Assembly (NCBI GenBank): GCA_046484245.1
Contig: JAWOBN010000114.1
Location: 1-38,993, forward strand
DNA: 38,993 nucleotides
Reading direction: 5' to 3'
Origin: a bacterium
GTDB lineage: Bacteria; Hydrothermota; 32-111
Of this stretch, positions 18,464-27,163 are shown piece by piece (the first letter of the stretch is position 1; each line of letters starts with the position of its first letter). The position numbers and the translations under genes were made by a program. Under the pieces are notes generated by a model that was not told where the DNA came from, did not search any database, and saw only the letters and a program-made list of their open reading frames with translations.

Positions 18464-20461
18464 TCAATTAAGTTCTGTTGTGACAACTATTGGTTTTACA
18501 ATTCTTACTGTCTTGCCATTATTGTCTGTCTTATCTACAGTGATAATATAGGCAGCCGGAGTGACGAATTCTCCCAGTTTGTCCCTGCCGTCCCATATCA
18601 GTGTATTGGAACCGGGCAGATTCTCGCCGAGTACTGTCACCGGTCTGCCGGCAAGGTCAAATATCCTCACAGTAATTCTCTCCTCATTGAGAGCAGTGGC
18701 AATAATTCTTGCTGTCTCGCCGTTTTCAAATGCAACCGGATTGGGCAGTACTGTGAGTGTGAAGTTTGAATCCTCATCTGTTTCAATGAATTCAATATCA
18801 TCCCCGTCTCTTACCATGAGCTGATACCCGGTATTATACGGTTCTTCAGTATCATACTGCCCGCCTATACCTGTGATATTGAGCAGCATGCCCTCTTTAA
18901 TGGATTTCATCTCCTCAGTGTCATAGAAGGGGCTCTTCTCGGTGATTCTCACATCCAGCAGTGTCTGGCCGTTATATGCCTGGAAATTCTTACCTGTTCC
19001 TGCAGACACAGCACTTGTTATAACCTTGGCATGCTCAGCTTTGAGCAGACCGCCCTCATTGAGTTCACTGACACCCTGCGAGCGCTCCAGAATATCCGGA
19101 TCCACCTCTGCTATTGTGTCATTTATCAGCACAATATCACTGTCAGGTGATGAATATTTGACTTCAGTAAGCCCATTGTATTCCTCAACAGTGCCGGTTA
19201 TCATGAGCTCAATGCCGCGTGTGAACATATTATTGCCCGGATCATTCTGGGAGAAGATATTGACTCCGCCCGTCTCGTCCTGCAGATAGAATCCTGTTGA
19301 ACTGCTTGTCGGTGTAAATACTGCAGATGAACCGGAGACCCTGCCTCTTATTGTCACGAGCTGTCCCCTGTACATTGAATTATAACCGTCTGATGTGCTC
19401 TGCACCTCTCTTATTGTCATTATGTCCTTGTCAGGCATAGGTCTTATGACAGGCAGGCTGCTTATTTGCTGGAAATATCCGGATGACTCGCCTGTATATA
19501 CTGTGAATGTGTCATTAAGCGCATTGCCCGAACTGTCCCTGCCTGTAAAATAGTAATTGCTCATCCTCAGGTATATTGTATCCGTCAGCTCTGCATTGTA
19601 TATGTCAATTGTCACCCTGCCTGATGTTTCATCCTTATCCACTGTCATTGAATCAGCTCCAGCCAGTTCAAATTCCAGTGTGTCCATCAATGTGTCGCAA
19701 TTGAACCTGATTCTTACAAAATCAACATATCCGTAGGATGAATCCACTGTGGGATGTATATCCATACGGAAATCATTCATGGAAAACTCTTCAATATACT
19801 TGGGATTGATACGGGCAGCACCACTGCCTGAGATTGCCTTCAGTATATCACTGTCTGAAGCAGGCATTATCTTGTATTCGCCATAGTCATAATCCACAGG
19901 TCCCTGCACGAATATCAATGTATCACCCACAACAGGGGTGTATGAATAACCCTGGTCCTGATGTTCAGATACATAACATCTGCCGCTGCCGTCATCAATC
20001 TGCCAGTCACCGTAACTGTCCTGTGTTGTCCGGACTGCAGCATCTTCAACCTTGACCAGCACTCCCTCGTATTTCTCCTGTGACACATCAGCTGTTGTAA
20101 GCAGTACAGGTTCAGGCACATCAATGCCGGAAGCATTAACAGTATAATTGGATATACTGACCAGTTCCGTCTTGCCGTAGTACTCATCCACTGTTCCTGT
20201 TACTGTGATATAATCACCTTTTTTCAGTCCTGTTCCGACACGGTACAGCTGAATGCCGCTCCATTCTCTTTCCGGGAAAGTATCCTGAATAAAACAGTCA
20301 CTGCCGAATACCCTGGTTACCACACCGGAAATTGTCACGGTTTGTCCCTCATAGGGTGAATCACCGGACGAGTCCTCTGTGTATTGAATATCCCTGACTG
20401 TCAGACCTGATACACTGACAATCATCAATATCATACATGTTATTGCGAGGATGTATTTCAT
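18464..20461 (-). CDS. Secreted protein with repeated YhcR/ExeM-type OB-fold modules and a C-terminal FlgD-Ig/T9SS-CTD-like domain
   Basis: Signal peptide. Two repeats of T(V/I)R(D/E)(I/V)Q...Y.GQ.VTI.G.V...F.(I/L)QD...TGTV.EY.G.TE. The C-terminus has PNP...VRIFDLAGRPV...WDGRD...YII. Confidence 0.78.
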   Translation of the reverse strand: MKYILAITCMILMIVSVSGLTVRDIQYTEDSSGDSPYEGQTVTISGVVTRVFGSDCFIQDTFPEREWSGIQLYRVGTGLKKGDYITVTGTVDEYYGKTELVSISNYTVNASGIDVPEPVLLTTADVSQEKYEGVLVKVEDAAVRTTQDSYGDWQIDDGSGRCYVSEHQDQGYSYTPVVGDTLIFVQGPVDYDYGEYKIMPASDSDILKAISGSGAARINPKYIEEFSMNDFRMDIHPTVDSSYGYVDFVRIRFNCDTLMDTLEFELAGADSMTVDKDETSGRVTIDIYNAELTDTIYLRMSNYYFTGRDSSGNALNDTFTVYTGESSGYFQQISSLPVIRPMPDKDIMTIREVQSTSDGYNSMYRGQLVTIRGRVSGSSAVFTPTSSSTGFYLQDETGGVNIFSQNDPGNNMFTRGIELMITGTVEEYNGLTEVKYSSPDSDIVLINDTIAEVDPDILERSQGVSELNEGGLLKAEHAKVITSAVSAGTGKNFQAYNGQTLLDVRITEKSPFYDTEEMKSIKEGMLLNITGIGGQYDTEEPYNTGYQLMVRDGDDIEFIETDEDSNFTLTVLPNPVAFENGETARIIATALNEERITVRIFDLAGRPVTVLGENLPGSNTLIWDGRDKLGEFVTPAAYIITVDKTDNNGKTVRIVKPIVVTTELN

Positions 20462-21921
20462 TCTTCCTCCTTAAAGTAGTTTTTTCTCTTGCTTGCGGAA
20501 AGAATACCCAGCTGCTCCCTGTATTTTGCAACTGTCCGCCTGGCAATATCAATATGATGTTCATCACTGAGTATTTCGGCAAGCTTTTTATCTGTTAATG
20601 GTTTCATCTTGTCTTCATCCTTAATAATCTTATTGAGCAGGTCTCTCACATTCCTGTTGGATGTCTCGCCCTGCTCTGTCATAATACCCCTGGAGAAGAA
20701 AAATTTCACAGGATAGAGCCCCTGGGGTGTATCCATGTATTTATTCTCCGTTGCCCTGGATACAGTTGACTCATGCACACCGATATAATCGGAAATATCA
20801 GCAAGTATCATGGGTTTCAATGCAGAGACACCGTACTGGAAGAAATCCTTCTGAAGCATTACTATTCTCTCGGCAATCTTCATCAGTGTTGCCTGTCTTT
20901 TATGGATGCCTGACACGAGAAAAATTGCACTATTGAGTCTCTTCTTGAGGAATCTCACTTCCTTCTTGCTCAATTTATCCTTATTCTGCAGCATCTGCAG
21001 ATACTTTCTGTTAAGATGCACCTCGGGGAAATTGAATGTATTGAGCATCGGCACAAATTCATCCCCCTTTCTCTCCACGAGAATATCCGGCACCACATAG
21101 TTGGAATGCGTGCCCCATTCACCGCTTGCAGGCTTGGGATTGAGTTTCCTGATGCACTCAATTGCCTCTTTCAGTTCATCCTCATCAAGACCCAGTTTTG
21201 TGATTATCCTGTAAAGCTTATTCTTCAGCAAATCATCGTAGAACTCGTCAATTATTGTATATGCAAGTGTGTCCTCAAGACCCCTTGCCTTCAATTGTGT
21301 GAGGAGTGACTCCCTCACAGACCTGCTGCCCACACCAATGGGGCTGAGATGCCTGAATCTCTCCAGTATTTCCTCAAGATGCTCAGCACTTATACCGAAA
21401 TAATTCTTGATAAATGAAACAGTGGATATAATCTCGCCTGTTTCTTCATCAACAGTATCCTTGAGAAGCCCGTCGTCCGAGAGTGATGAAAGAATAAATT
21501 CCGCAATAACCATTTCCTCCTCTGAGAATTCAAGATGAATCTGGGTGAGAAGCTGTTCCTTGAATCCCACAGGCTTTGAATAAATATCAACAGGATTGAA
21601 ATCCGCATCTTCCTTGCTTTTCCCGGAATAATTGGTGCCGCTGCTCTTCCATTCCTTATGGAAAAAATAATCATAATCTATCTTGTCTTCAAGGGGCAGG
21701 AGACCCTCCTCTTCAGTCTCTTCTTCAGTATTCTCTTCAGTACTCTCATCCTCATCACCCTCCTGGTCCAGTTCATTATCCAGAAAGGGATTCTGTTCAA
21801 TCTCGTGATGTATCAGCTGCTGCAGCTCCAGACGGGGCATCTGCAGTATTTTAAGCAGCTCAATGAGCTGAGGGGTCAATTCCTGTTTAAGTTTTAATTC
21901 ATTCTTCTGTTCATATTTCAT
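20458..21921 (-). CDS. rpoN: RNA polymerase sigma-54 factor
   Basis: Motifs LTPQL..LLKILQM, EIEQNPFL, HESTVSRA and the RpoN box ARRTVAKYRE. Confidence 0.98.
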   Translation of the reverse strand: MKYEQKNELKLKQELTPQLIELLKILQMPRLELQQLIHHEIEQNPFLDNELDQEGDEDESTEENTEEETEEEGLLPLEDKIDYDYFFHKEWKSSGTNYSGKSKEDADFNPVDIYSKPVGFKEQLLTQIHLEFSEEEMVIAEFILSSLSDDGLLKDTVDEETGEIISTVSFIKNYFGISAEHLEEILERFRHLSPIGVGSRSVRESLLTQLKARGLEDTLAYTIIDEFYDDLLKNKLYRIITKLGLDEDELKEAIECIRKLNPKPASGEWGTHSNYVVPDILVERKGDEFVPMLNTFNFPEVHLNRKYLQMLQNKDKLSKKEVRFLKKRLNSAIFLVSGIHKRQATLMKIAERIVMLQKDFFQYGVSALKPMILADISDYIGVHESTVSRATENKYMDTPQGLYPVKFFFSRGIMTEQGETSNRNVRDLLNKIIKDEDKMKPLTDKKLAEILSDEHHIDIARRTVAKYREQLGILSASKRKNYFKEEE

Positions 21922-22634
21922 ATAGAGAATTTTTCTCCAAGATATAGTTGTTTTGCCTCTTCATTGGATATGAGTTCATCAGCAGTTCCAGAGATCAATA
22001 TGTCGCCTTCATATATTATATGAGCTGTATCAATAATTTCAAGTGTTTCCCTCACATTATGATCCGTTATTATCACACCGATATTCTCCTTTGCCAGATC
22101 CCTCACAATATTCTGTATATCCTCTCTCACTTTAGGGTCAATACCCGTGAAGGGTTCATCAAGAAGCAGGAAAGACGGACTGCTTGTAAGAGCCCTTGCA
22201 ATCTCAGCCCTCCTTCTCTCCCCGCCGGAGAGATTGGATGCCTTCCTGCCTGCTATATGAGCTATCTTGAGCTTTTCAAGAAGATATTGAGTCTTCTCCT
22301 CCACATCCTTTTTGTCATGTTCAAGCATCTCAAGCATTGCCCTTATATTGTCCCTCACAGTGAGATTACGGAAAATGGAGGTTTCCTGCGGCAGATAACC
22401 TATGCCCTGCCTTGACCTTCTGTACATGGGCATACGGGTAATATCATTATTGTCTATGAATATACTGCCCTCTGTGGGATTTATCATACCTGTTATCATG
22501 TAAAAGCTCGTCGTCTTGCCTGCTCCATTGGGTCCCAAGAGCCCAAGCACACTGCCTCTCTCTATCTCAATGGTAAGATTCTTCACTACATCGCGTTTGC
22601 CGTATCTCTTGCGTAGATTCTCTGTTCTCAGCAT
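21918..22634 (-). CDS. lptB: LPS export ABC transporter ATP-binding protein
   Basis: Motifs GPNGAGKTT, GIGYLPQE, LSGGERRR, LLDEPF and ITDHNVRETL. Lies directly upstream of rpoN. Confidence 0.96.
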   Translation of the reverse strand: MLRTENLRKRYGKRDVVKNLTIEIERGSVLGLLGPNGAGKTTSFYMITGMINPTEGSIFIDNNDITRMPMYRRSRQGIGYLPQETSIFRNLTVRDNIRAMLEMLEHDKKDVEEKTQYLLEKLKIAHIAGRKASNLSGGERRRAEIARALTSSPSFLLLDEPFTGIDPKVREDIQNIVRDLAKENIGVIITDHNVRETLEIIDTAHIIYEGDILISGTADELISNEEAKQLYLGEKFSI

Positions 22635-23522
22635 CTAATCATCCTTCTCAATAATTATTTCAGCATTACTCACATTACTAAATATAATCTTATTAATACC
22701 CCCGTCAACAATAGTGATTGACAGAAGGTCACACTGAACCGTTGACTTCTGCTCTGTATCCTCGCCTGTAAACAACACATTACCCAGAACGTCAATTGAA
22801 TCAATAAAAGCAGCACTGCCTGTAAACACCGCACTGTCACCCGTTATTTCTGTTTGTTCTGACTTTATAAGGCAATGAACCGGCATACTGCCGCTCCCGA
22901 GTAATTTATTGTAAATCAGTGAATCAGTGTAGAGGCTGAATGAATCATTATATATCTCAACACTGTCATTGAATGCATAGATTGAATCCTCAATTGAATT
23001 GTCCAGATAGAGTGCCTCTATTGTGAAATCATTGGCACTGTCATAATATGCAATACTGCCGGTAAAATAATTCTTCCCCGCAGCATTATCCCTGTAAAAG
23101 GAATCACATGCAATACTGAATCCTTCCGATGCGAGAAATGTACTGTCAGTGAATATATAGACACTGTCATCAAAATCCATTACACCCCTCAATGATGACA
23201 CTGTTAATCTGTCTATTGAAAGAAGGGGCCTGTGCAGACTGAAGTTCTTCAATGCGTCATTGTATAATCCTGACTGAGCATCAACAATCAGGGAATCTCC
23301 GCTTGTCAATCTCAACTGTCTGTTCATAATAACTGTTGAATCCGACCTGACAAGTACTGCTGCGGATGTATTGCATTCATATCTGTCTGTTCTGAGGAAT
23401 ACACCGTCCTTCAGATATACGGAATCCTCTCTGACCGTACTGGAGCCTGCTTCAATGTAATATGCATCAGCCTGCAGGAAAAGAAAAATGCCGAGAATTA
23501 TAATACTAATTGTCTTTGTCAT
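22635..23522 (-). CDS. LptA/OstA-like beta-jellyroll periplasmic protein
   Basis: Signal peptide, repeated (T/A)DS-type beta-strands, and position between the lptC-like gene and lptB. Confidence 0.65.
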   Translation of the reverse strand: MTKTISIIILGIFLFLQADAYYIEAGSSTVREDSVYLKDGVFLRTDRYECNTSAAVLVRSDSTVIMNRQLRLTSGDSLIVDAQSGLYNDALKNFSLHRPLLSIDRLTVSSLRGVMDFDDSVYIFTDSTFLASEGFSIACDSFYRDNAAGKNYFTGSIAYYDSANDFTIEALYLDNSIEDSIYAFNDSVEIYNDSFSLYTDSLIYNKLLGSGSMPVHCLIKSEQTEITGDSAVFTGSAAFIDSIDVLGNVLFTGEDTEQKSTVQCDLLSITIVDGGINKIIFSNVSNAEIIIEKDD

Positions 23523-23994
23523 ATATTATCACCGGATTGCGGAATTCAATGCTTGTAAAATTAATATCTGTATCCATTCCCCTTGTTTTCATAAAATCAT
23601 TGTCCTTCTGTATAAGCAGTGAGTCCTCTGTTTTCACTGAATCATTGAAAATACTGTATATAATATAGTCAGTGAATAATTTCATGGAATCCTCAAGATA
23701 TATCTCAACATCTGACATATAGCTTATAAAACTGTCAGACATGAATGAGCTGTCTGATATTATTGTTATATCCCTTCTCTTGAATAAGACATTCTTCAGT
23801 ATCTTGAGGGAATCACCTGAGAGATAGGCTGTATCTGCTTCCAGTGTATAATCAGCTGAATCATTCTTGAAAGACCGTATCGCAACGTCAGCTATCATGT
23901 TCTCGGCAGGTGCGCGCGCATTATCCTGCTCACCGCATCCTGCAAGAACAATGAGAAGCAGACTAATTACTGATATCTTGCCAAATTCTGTCAT
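23506..23994 (-). CDS. lptC: LptC-like lipoprotein
   Basis: Probable true start MTEFGKIS at 23994. Lipobox LAGC, and LFTDYIIY...VKTEDSLLI...RGMDTD fits the LptC pattern. Synteny with lptA/lptB supports this. Confidence 0.62.
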   Translation of the reverse strand: MTEFGKISVISLLLIVLAGCGEQDNARAPAENMIADVAIRSFKNDSADYTLEADTAYLSGDSLKILKNVLFKRRDITIISDSSFMSDSFISYMSDVEIYLEDSMKLFTDYIIYSIFNDSVKTEDSLLIQKDNDFMKTRGMDTDINFTSIEFRNPVIIYDKDN

Positions 23995-24769
23995 AAAAAT
24001 CATATTGATATATGTCCTTGTTTGCAATTTCCTCAATCCTTCTGTAATAATCCTCAAATGACCAGTCCTCTGCATTTTCAAAATAGAGATGATGTTTCTT
24101 GTCCTTGTGGTCATAAACAGTATAACTGAATATGGCAGCTGCCTTTGAGGCCTTGAGCAGTCTGTACCATCCGTATGGGACATTCTTGACAATATTGAGG
24201 AATCTGACTTTCTTGAGATGTGTGTTTTCCGATCTCTGGTCAATCAGCACAAAGAGTATCTCCCCCTTTGAGAGAACCTTTATAAAATCCCATACAGGTG
24301 ATTTCATGTCAATAAAATGTATCCCGTATTTTCTCCTTATCTCATCAATATATTTGTATATCCATTCATCCTTTGGCTCATATATGACATTAATAGGATA
24401 GCCCTTGTATGACAAATACTGGCCTGCTACATCCCATCCGCCCATATGCATTGTCATTGCCATGACACCCCTGCCCAGGGCAATTGCCCTGTCAAAGACC
24501 TCAATATTGTGCACTTCAAAAATATCACTGTCCAGTTCATTATTCATCAGAAACACACATTCTGCAAGGAAATGGGCAAAATTGAGATAAAGTTTTATTG
24601 AGAATTTTATGTGGCTGTTTCTCAGATTACTCTTCACAATGGATTTACTCCGCACACCGATAACATAGTAGAGTATTGCCACTATCTTCGCAAAAATCAG
24701 GAATGCACGCCTGTTGAGCATGGCTGTCATGAAATAAACTGTTGTATAGACAAATTTCTCCTTAAACAT
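23963..24769 (-). CDS. Lipid A biosynthesis (LpxL/HtrB-like) lysophospholipid acyltransferase
   Basis: Motifs GRGVMAMTMHMGGWD (HxxxxD) and LFVLIDQR. Probable ATG start at 24769, overlapping the upstream stop. Confidence 0.78.
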   Translation of the reverse strand: MFKEKFVYTTVYFMTAMLNRRAFLIFAKIVAILYYVIGVRSKSIVKSNLRNSHIKFSIKLYLNFAHFLAECVFLMNNELDSDIFEVHNIEVFDRAIALGRGVMAMTMHMGGWDVAGQYLSYKGYPINVIYEPKDEWIYKYIDEIRRKYGIHFIDMKSPVWDFIKVLSKGEILFVLIDQRSENTHLKKVRFLNIVKNVPYGWYRLLKASKAAAIFSYTVYDHKDKKHHLYFENAEDWSFEDYYRRIEEIANKDIYQYDFYDRIWQDISN

Positions 24770-25850
24770 CAATGATACTCTCCACAATGCTTTTCCTGCT
24801 TCTTATACTGTCAAACGGGCAGGTTTCAATACAGCAGTAGCATGCAATGCATTTTCTTGTTCTTACACGGGGATACCCGTCTCTGATAACAATGGAATCC
24901 ACAGGACAGATATTGTAGCATTTCATGCACTGCCTGCATGTATCCTCTTTTATCTCCGGATAATTGGCAGTTATATGCTTAACAAGATTGTTCTTTGCTA
25001 TTTTAAGAAGCTTGTCAAATTTATTGACCTGAGGAGCCTCAAAATGCAGTGGTTCAGGCTTTTCTTCAACTTCATAATGACCACTGTAATATTCCCTTTC
25101 AATTCCATACTGCATATATTCAATATTCTCAATATCAAAGCCCATGAAATCTATGAGGAAATGATCCAGTTCAAACGGATTGTCACTTGAAGCAATGATG
25201 CCTGCATTGACAGGATTGCCATTGCCCGGACCATTGCCCTCCATGGCTGTGATGCCGTCAACAATATTGAAATGCGGTTTAATGGCATTGTTTATCCTTG
25301 ATACCATTCTGGAGAAATTACTGCTGTCGGGATTCTGTGAATGATAGTACAATTTGTATTTTGCCGGAAGCATGCCGTACACATTCTTCACTGTCATAGT
25401 GACCTTTGTAAGCATATGCGTCTTGAGTTTGGCGAGGTTTATAATATAGGGGTTTTCCTCCCTCACAATACTGCTTATCCTGATGCCGTTTCTTGAAAAA
25501 TGCGGATATGTGTTGAGATTGACCGTTTTGACAGAATGCTTTTCAGCAATTGCACTGTAACCGGTTTTCCTGAATAATTCATTCATGGATATATATGAGG
25601 CAGATGCACCTTCTGCAATAATTATCTCTTTATCTGTTTTCTGTTTGAGGAGTTCAATTATAATGTCCGCTATGAGCGGATTGGTTGTCACTGCCTCCTG
25701 TTTCTCGGATAATGTGAGAAGATTGGGTTTAATTATTATCCTGCCGTGCTCCATTATCTTTTCATATATATTATAATAATCAAATATCTCTTCAATGAAT
25801 GTTCTTATGGGTTCTCTTTCATACTTATAGATGCGGGAATATTTAATCAT
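24762..25850 (-). CDS. DUF362 protein with a C-terminal 2x[4Fe-4S] ferredoxin domain
   Basis: Motifs IIKPNLL, TTNP, INLAKLKTH, VKN.YG and DGITAMEGNGP. Cluster motifs CRQCMKCYNICP and CIACYCCIETCP. Confidence 0.88.
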   Translation of the reverse strand: MIKYSRIYKYEREPIRTFIEEIFDYYNIYEKIMEHGRIIIKPNLLTLSEKQEAVTTNPLIADIIIELLKQKTDKEIIIAEGASASYISMNELFRKTGYSAIAEKHSVKTVNLNTYPHFSRNGIRISSIVREENPYIINLAKLKTHMLTKVTMTVKNVYGMLPAKYKLYYHSQNPDSSNFSRMVSRINNAIKPHFNIVDGITAMEGNGPGNGNPVNAGIIASSDNPFELDHFLIDFMGFDIENIEYMQYGIEREYYSGHYEVEEKPEPLHFEAPQVNKFDKLLKIAKNNLVKHITANYPEIKEDTCRQCMKCYNICPVDSIVIRDGYPRVRTRKCIACYCCIETCPFDSIRSRKSIVESIIDV

Positions 25851-26317
25851 TTGAGATAGTATAGTTTGACTTTATTTGAAAACACTGTTGTCTCTACAGG
25901 ATATTCCTCTGCATTCTTAACCAAATCCGCGTTATCGCATATTGCGTCAATGACCCTTTCGTCAAATATTATCATGTATTTGGGCCGGACTATTTCTATC
26001 TCCTCCCTGAGCAATCTGATGCAGTTCTCTTTGCCTTCCTCAGATATCTCTCCATGCACATAGAGTGAACACCTGTGGACATAGGTTATATATGCACCGT
26101 ATTTGACTTCCTCCTGATACAGGGTAAGGAGTTTTGATGCCTTGGCAATCATTGAGGAGTTGATTTCAACATTGTGGCTCTCCGGTTCAAACCCTATGAT
26201 CATAATCTCCTGATTGTAATTGCCATTGAAAACAGGTTCCCCGTAACCGCGCATTGTGCAGCCCGCGCAATCCTCCATCTTCTTCAGAAATTCTTCATAT
26301 GCCTTTTTCTTATCCAC
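25847..26317 (-). CDS. Degenerate family-4 uracil-DNA glycosylase-like protein
   Basis: CAGC...PVF.G....IMIIGFEP...YITYVHRC...NC..LL.EEIEIVRPK follows the UDG-4 layout with four Cys. The C-terminal HP motif is absent. Confidence 0.6.
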   Translation of the reverse strand: MDKKKAYEEFLKKMEDCAGCTMRGYGEPVFNGNYNQEIMIIGFEPESHNVEINSSMIAKASKLLTLYQEEVKYGAYITYVHRCSLYVHGEISEEGKENCIRLLREEIEIVRPKYMIIFDERVIDAICDNADLVKNAEEYPVETTVFSNKVKLYYLK

Positions 26318-26318
26318 A

Positions 26319-26846
26319 TTATCTCCTTGAAAATTTACACCCGCAGTAATTCTGCCTGTAAAGTCCTAATTCCTTTGATATATCCACGGACTTCTTGAAT
26401 CCATAATCCTTCCTCAGTATTGCCTCAACAAAATTGATATCCAGCTGCCGGCCTATATCCCTCCCTATGGCATTTATCTTGTCTGCCAGTTTATGAGGGC
26501 TTATTGTCAGTGTTGTTGAGAAATTATCCATGCCCAGTGATTTGGCTTTTCCGGCTGTACCTCTCAGATTGACTCTGTGGCATTCCAGGCACCTTCTGCT
26601 CTTCTCAGGCAGATCACCCATGCCTTTTACTGCTTTGAGAAATATCTCCGGCTCATAATGGCCCTTGATAATATCAAATCCGTAATGCCTGCCGACCTGT
26701 TCAGCTGCCTCAAAACGCCTCTCATATTCATCCGCTGTATCTATATTGGGATTGTAGAAATACCCTGTTACCTCATAGTTCTTTGAGAAATATTCATAGG
26801 CATAGGTCAAATCAGGTCCGCAGCATATATGCAATAATAATTTCAT
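26319..26846 (-). CDS. queH: Epoxyqueuosine reductase QueH (DUF208)
   Basis: Motifs LLLHICCGPD, FYNPNI, RCLEC, FSTTLTISPHK and LYRQNYCGCKFS. Confidence 0.93.
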   Translation of the reverse strand: MKLLLHICCGPDLTYAYEYFSKNYEVTGYFYNPNIDTADEYERRFEAAEQVGRHYGFDIIKGHYEPEIFLKAVKGMGDLPEKSRRCLECHRVNLRGTAGKAKSLGMDNFSTTLTISPHKLADKINAIGRDIGRQLDINFVEAILRKDYGFKKSVDISKELGLYRQNYCGCKFSRR

Positions 26847-26853
26847 GCTAATA

Positions 26854-26881
26854 ATTATATTATATTATATTATTAAATCAA
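26854..26881 (-). promoter_or_regulatory. Putative sigma70 promoter of the queH...rpoN...ALDH run, containing an (ATTAT)4 repeat
   Basis: Minus strand TTGATT (26881-26876), N16, TATAAT (26859-26854), ending 7 nt before the queH ATG. No SD. Confidence 0.55.
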
Positions 26882-26952
26882 GAGAAACTGCCCCTGATTC
26901 TATTCTATTATCCTTCTCTCAGTGCCGGCTATTCACATTTCTTGGAACTTGG

Positions 26953-26980
26953 GTCAGGGTTCAAATTGTTGAACCCCTAC
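26953..26980 (-). repeat. GTAG-type REP-like palindrome
   Basis: Minus strand reads GTAG-GGGTTCAA-CAAT-TTGAACCC-TGAC: a GTAG foot followed by a perfect 8-bp stem. Confidence 0.6.
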
Positions 26981-27016
26981 AATCTTTTGTTCTTTTTTCC
27001 GTTCTTCTTATCCGTG

Positions 27017-27163
27017 GTTGTACGTTGTACGTTTTCCGTTGTACGGTCTTTCATGGCGAGCTGTACACATTGACCATCAACTATCCACCATTAACTATTG
27101 ACTTCAGCCGATGGCTGGCGGCTGAAGGCAGACTCGTGTCCCGCGTCTCACGTCTCGAGTCTC
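27017..27163. repeat. Four consecutive degenerate heptamer tandem arrays
   Basis: GTTGTAC-type x4 (27017-27044), YATYVAC x5 (27068-27102), GCTGANG-type x4 (27107-27134) and GTCTCNN-type x5 (27131-27165). Confidence 0.8.

Noticed and set aside
23995..24243. N-terminal extension of the 245-aa lptC-like ORF in the track
   Set aside because: It lies wholly within the acyltransferase gene. The lipoprotein signal begins at the ATG at 23994.
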